Positions 60,594-64,000 of a stretch of DNA of 64,000 nt are shown here, one piece after another. Under the pieces are notes generated by a model. It made no database searches and was not told the DNA's origin. It saw only the letters and a program-made list of their open reading frames with translations. Numbering within the stretch: position 1 is the stretch's first letter; every line of letters starts with the position of its first letter. Source of the DNA: an uncultured Lachnospiraceae bacterium (GTDB lineage: Bacteria; Bacillota; Clostridia; UBA1381); the NCBI GenBank assembly GCA_964634635.1, contig CAZWMB010000001.1, positions 8,590-72,589 on the forward strand. The letters are read 5' to 3'. A program made the position numbers and the translations under genes.

Positions 60594-61832
60594 ATGAGAA
60601 GAGTCGTTATAACCGGTATGGGCGCCGTAACGCCTATCGGAAATAATATAGATACCTTTTGGCAAAGTATACGGTCAGGGAAATGCGGCATAGACAGGGT
60701 AACGCAGTTTGACGCGTCCGAATTTAAAACGCGGATTGCGGGTGAGGTTAAGGACTTTGAGCCTACGGATTTTATTGATAAGAAGGACGCCCGTAAGATG
60801 GACCGTTACGCACAGCTTGCGCTTGTAGCCGCAAGCGAGGCGGTGGAGGATTCGGGTCTTAACATGGAAAAGGAGGATCCGTGGAAGGTAGGAGTGATCA
60901 CAGGCTCCGGTATCGGCGGTATAAAAACTCTTGAGGAACAGCATAAGACGCTTTTGGAACGCGGACCGGGACGGGTAAGCCCGTTTTTCATTCCGATGAT
61001 GATAGCGAATATGGGCGCGGCTCAGATTGCGATAAAATTCGGCGCGAAAGGTATAAATGAAAATATTGTTACAGCCTGCGCGTCCGGTACAAACGCTATC
61101 GGCGATGCCATGCGTCACATACAGCACGGCGCTAACGACGTTATAATCGCGGGCGGCGCGGAGGCTGCCATAGACGCTCTCGCGTTCGCGGGATTTTGCA
61201 GTATGAAGGCAATGTCTACACGCAATGACGACCCGCTGCACGCGTCGAGACCGTTTGACGCTGAGCGCGACGGATTTGTCCTAAGCGAAGGCGCGGGATT
61301 TGTCGTATTGGAGGAGCTTGAACATGCCGAGGCAAGAGACGCGCATATATACTGCGAGCTTGCCGGATACGGCGCTACGGACGACGCGTATCATATCACA
61401 AGCCCTGTACCGGGCGGCGCGGGCGGAGCAAAGGCAATGGCTCTTGCCATACAAGACGCCGGCGCGCAGCCCGAGGATATAACATACATTAACGCTCACG
61501 GTACTTCCACAAAGTATAACGACCATTTTGAGACGCAGGCCATAAAGAGCGTGTTCGGAGAATATGCCAAAGAGCTTGCCGTTAGCTCTACAAAATCAAT
61601 GACAGGACATCTTTTGGGCGCTGCCGGAGGCGTTGAAACAATTGTATGCGCTCTCGCTATAAAGAATAGTTACATTCCTCCGACAATCAATTATGAAAAC
61701 CCTGATCCCGACTGCGATTTGGATATTGTTCCGAATGAAGGCAGAGAACAGGAGGTTAGGTACGCTATGTCCAATTCACTCGGCTTCGGAGGACATAACG
61801 CCACCGTTTTACTTAAAAAGTACGGGGATTGA
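60594..61832 (+). CDS. fabF: FabF (mirror copy)
   Basis: Identical to 21707-22945. Confidence 0.96.
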   Translation: MRRVVITGMGAVTPIGNNIDTFWQSIRSGKCGIDRVTQFDASEFKTRIAGEVKDFEPTDFIDKKDARKMDRYAQLALVAASEAVEDSGLNMEKEDPWKVGVITGSGIGGIKTLEEQHKTLLERGPGRVSPFFIPMMIANMGAAQIAIKFGAKGINENIVTACASGTNAIGDAMRHIQHGANDVIIAGGAEAAIDALAFAGFCSMKAMSTRNDDPLHASRPFDAERDGFVLSEGAGFVVLEELEHAEARDAHIYCELAGYGATDDAYHITSPVPGGAGGAKAMALAIQDAGAQPEDITYINAHGTSTKYNDHFETQAIKSVFGEYAKELAVSSTKSMTGHLLGAAGGVETIVCALAIKNSYIPPTINYENPDPDCDLDIVPNEGREQEVRYAMSNSLGFGGHNATVLLKKYGD

Positions 61833-61987
61833 CTTTTGTAAATATTCATTGCGTCAGAGGATGCCGTAAACGGCGCCCTCTAATGTATTATTATATGGAT
61901 TGCTGCAAGGAGCGCCGCGCGCGGCGCTCCTTGCAGCGGCTCATACGGATTTTATCTGTATGTAATACGGAAAGGCTGTGATTTGAA

Positions 61988-62680
61988 ATGAAAAACGCGG
62001 AAAGCAAAATAGGATATAAATTTAATAATGTAAAGCTGCTGAAAACGGCGCTTACCCACAGCTCCTACGCCAATGAATACAGAACGGAAAGCAACGAGCG
62101 GCTCGAATTCCTTGGCGACTCGGTTCTGAGCGTTATAATAAGCGATTATATTTTCAAGCGTATGAGTAACACGGCGGAGGGATGGCTGTCCAAGTACCGC
62201 GCCACACTTGTATGCGAGCAGTCGCTGTATGAGGTTTCAAAGAAAATATCTCTAAGCTCCCTTATATATCTCGGCAGGGGCGAGGAAATGACAGGAGGAC
62301 GTGAAAGGGCGTCGATTGTTTCGGATGCGTTTGAGGCGCTGCTTGCGGCAATATACCTTGACGGAGGTATTGAAAAGGCGCGCGAATGGACTCTGGGACT
62401 TATGAAAGACTCGATAGACGACGTTGTAACGGGACACGGATACGCGGATTATAAGACTATGCTTCAGGAGGCTATGCAAAGAGGAGCAACGGGAAAGGTT
62501 ACGTACAGGACAATCTCGGAGAGCGGACTTGAGCACGACAAGGAATTTCTTGTTGAGGTTATGTTTGACGGCGTGCCGCAGAATACCGGCTCGGGGCATA
62601 ACAAAAAAGAGGCAGAGCAGAACGCGGCGCAGAAGGCTTTGGAGCGCGTAAGGAAAGAGCGTAATCATGAGAATATATAA
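61988..62680 (+). CDS. rnc: RNase III (mirror copy)
   Basis: Identical to 20859-21551. Confidence 0.97.
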   Translation: MKNAESKIGYKFNNVKLLKTALTHSSYANEYRTESNERLEFLGDSVLSVIISDYIFKRMSNTAEGWLSKYRATLVCEQSLYEVSKKISLSSLIYLGRGEEMTGGRERASIVSDAFEALLAAIYLDGGIEKAREWTLGLMKDSIDDVVTGHGYADYKTMLQEAMQRGATGKVTYRTISESGLEHDKEFLVEVMFDGVPQNTGSGHNKKEAEQNAAQKALERVRKERNHENI

Positions 62681-62796
62681 TATACCTGTATTTGTTCCGC
62701 GCAGGGGGGCGCCCGTTCGACTGTATTTTTCGCGTTCAAAGACGTATAACGGGCGAGGTATCAAAGGCGGCGGGAAACAGACGTGAAAATGTTTAA
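62667..62796 (+). pseudogene. Radical SAM remnant (mirror copy)
   Basis: Reverse complement of 20743-20872. Confidence 0.8.
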
Positions 62797-62855
62797 AAAT
62801 AAAAAAGCTTGATACAAACCCAATGAAAATTCAGAAAAAAGAGAGGTGAGGGTTC

Positions 62856-64000
62856 TTGCTGTTAAAGCGAATTGAAATACAGGGCTTTAAATCATTTGCG
62901 GACAAAACCGTGCTTGACTTTGACGACGGCTCAACGGCTATTGTAGGTCCCAACGGCAGCGGCAAGAGCAATATTTCCGACGCGATACGCTGGGTAATCG
63001 GTGAAATGAGCGCTAAATCTCTGAGAGGCGCGAATATGCAGGATGTAATATTCTCAGGTACCGAAACGCGCAGACCGGTTAATTTTGCCGAAGTAAGTCT
63101 TGTGCTTGACAACAGGGAGCATATATTTGATATAGAATTTGACGAAGTAGTTGTTACAAGGAGGCTTTTCCGCAGCGGAGAAAGTATATACCGCATAAAT
63201 AACGCTGACTGCCGCCTAAAGGATATTCACGAGCTGTTTATGGATACCGGTCTTGGCCGTGACGGCTATTCAATAATCGGTCAGGGAAACGTGGCTCAGA
63301 TATTGTCCACAAAGGCGGAGGATCGCCGCAGTATATTCGAGGAGGCGGCGGGTATATCAAAATATAAGTATCGCCGCGAGGAAACTGAGCGTAAGCTCAG
63401 AGGCGTGGAGGAAAATCTTATCAGGATAGGCGACATAACCTCCGAGCTTGAGGCGCAGCGGGCGCCTCTTAAAAAGCAATCGGAAAAGGCGAGAAAATAT
63501 CTCGGTCTGTACAGTGAATACAAGGAGCTTGACGTAAATCTAAGTCTTATAACCATAGATAAAAAACGTAAGAATAAGGCGGAGGCTGATAAGCTGTACA
63601 AGGGTGTGGAGGACGAGCTGTCGGAGCTTCGTGAAACGGGATCCGAAACGGAGCGTAAGATTTCCTTGTTGTATGCTCAAAGCGAGTCCATGGACAAGGA
63701 GCTTGCCGATAAAAACTTACTTCTCAGGGAGTCTAACGAAAAGGCTGTCGAGAACAAAAACAGTATTCGGATTGATGAGAATACTATAAAGAATAATAAC
63801 GCTATGCTGTGCAGGATTGATGCCGAGATAGAGGATATAAGAAATAAGAACACGGAGCGCGGTGAAAATATAGAAAAATATAAGCGTGAAATTGCCCAAA
63901 AGCAAAAGACGATCGATGAAATATTAAAGAAATTTGATACGGCGAGCAGTGAAAAGGAAGTCATAACCGAGCGTAAAGCCGTGCTTGAAAGAGAAATAGA
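62856..64000 (+). CDS. smc: SMC N-terminal part (mirror copy, runs off the window)
   Basis: TTG CTG TTA AAG CGA = MLLKR...; mirror of 19539-20683. Confidence 0.96.
   Translation, partial: MLLKRIEIQGFKSFADKTVLDFDDGSTAIVGPNGSGKSNISDAIRWVIGEMSAKSLRGANMQDVIFSGTETRRPVNFAEVSLVLDNREHIFDIEFDEVVVTRRLFRSGESIYRINNADCRLKDIHELFMDTGLGRDGYSIIGQGNVAQILSTKAEDRRSIFEEAAGISKYKYRREETERKLRGVEENLIRIGDITSELEAQRAPLKKQSEKARKYLGLYSEYKELDVNLSLITIDKKRKNKAEADKLYKGVEDELSELRETGSETERKISLLYAQSESMDKELADKNLLLRESNEKAVENKNSIRIDENTIKNNNAMLCRIDAEIEDIRNKNTERGENIEKYKREIAQKQKTIDEILKKFDTASSEKEVITERKAVLEREI

Larger units (their letters stand above)
19539..64000. repeat. Giant perfect inverted duplication (arms 19539-41769 and 41770-64000, no spacer)
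   Basis: Every ORF pair maps by x'=83539-x with identical translations; centre GGCGGCTTG|CAAGCCGCC. Confidence 0.99.

Noticed and set aside
41770-64000. A second fatty-acid or PKS-like cluster and paralogous genes
   Set aside because: It is an exact reverse-complement copy of 19539-41769, not an independent set of paralogues

Overview
Chromosomal DNA of a spore-forming Clostridia-class firmicute, probably a pectin user rich in S-layer-homology (SLH) proteins. The dominant feature is a giant spacer-less inverted duplication. Positions 19539-41769 are repeated as their reverse complement at 41770-64000 (mirror rule x' = 83539 - x), and the repeat probably continues past the window. The fold point (GGCGGCTTG|CAAGCCGCC) lies inside an ssb gene and removes its 5' half, so a fold-back artefact of amplification, sequencing or assembly is the most likely cause. 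The unique content (1-41769) is: an ATP-grasp ligase, an ABM protein, an SLH protein, engB-lon-lonB-like-sigK, a YARHG protein, galK, rqcH, rluB, dacB, tRNA-Leu and tRNA-Gln, ftsY-smc-rnc, a FapR-controlled fab cluster, nifS-nifU, tmcAL, a PL26/YetA-like lyase, a second SLH protein, kdgK, YoaK, a CDF transporter, an XRE cassette, an ArsR regulator and the broken ssb. Subtler signals are a decayed radical-SAM remnant between rnc and smc, a long hairpin in the rnc leader, a consensus FapR operator and a LonB lacking its protease domain. I found no CRISPR array, prophage, transposase or clearly novel multi-gene system.
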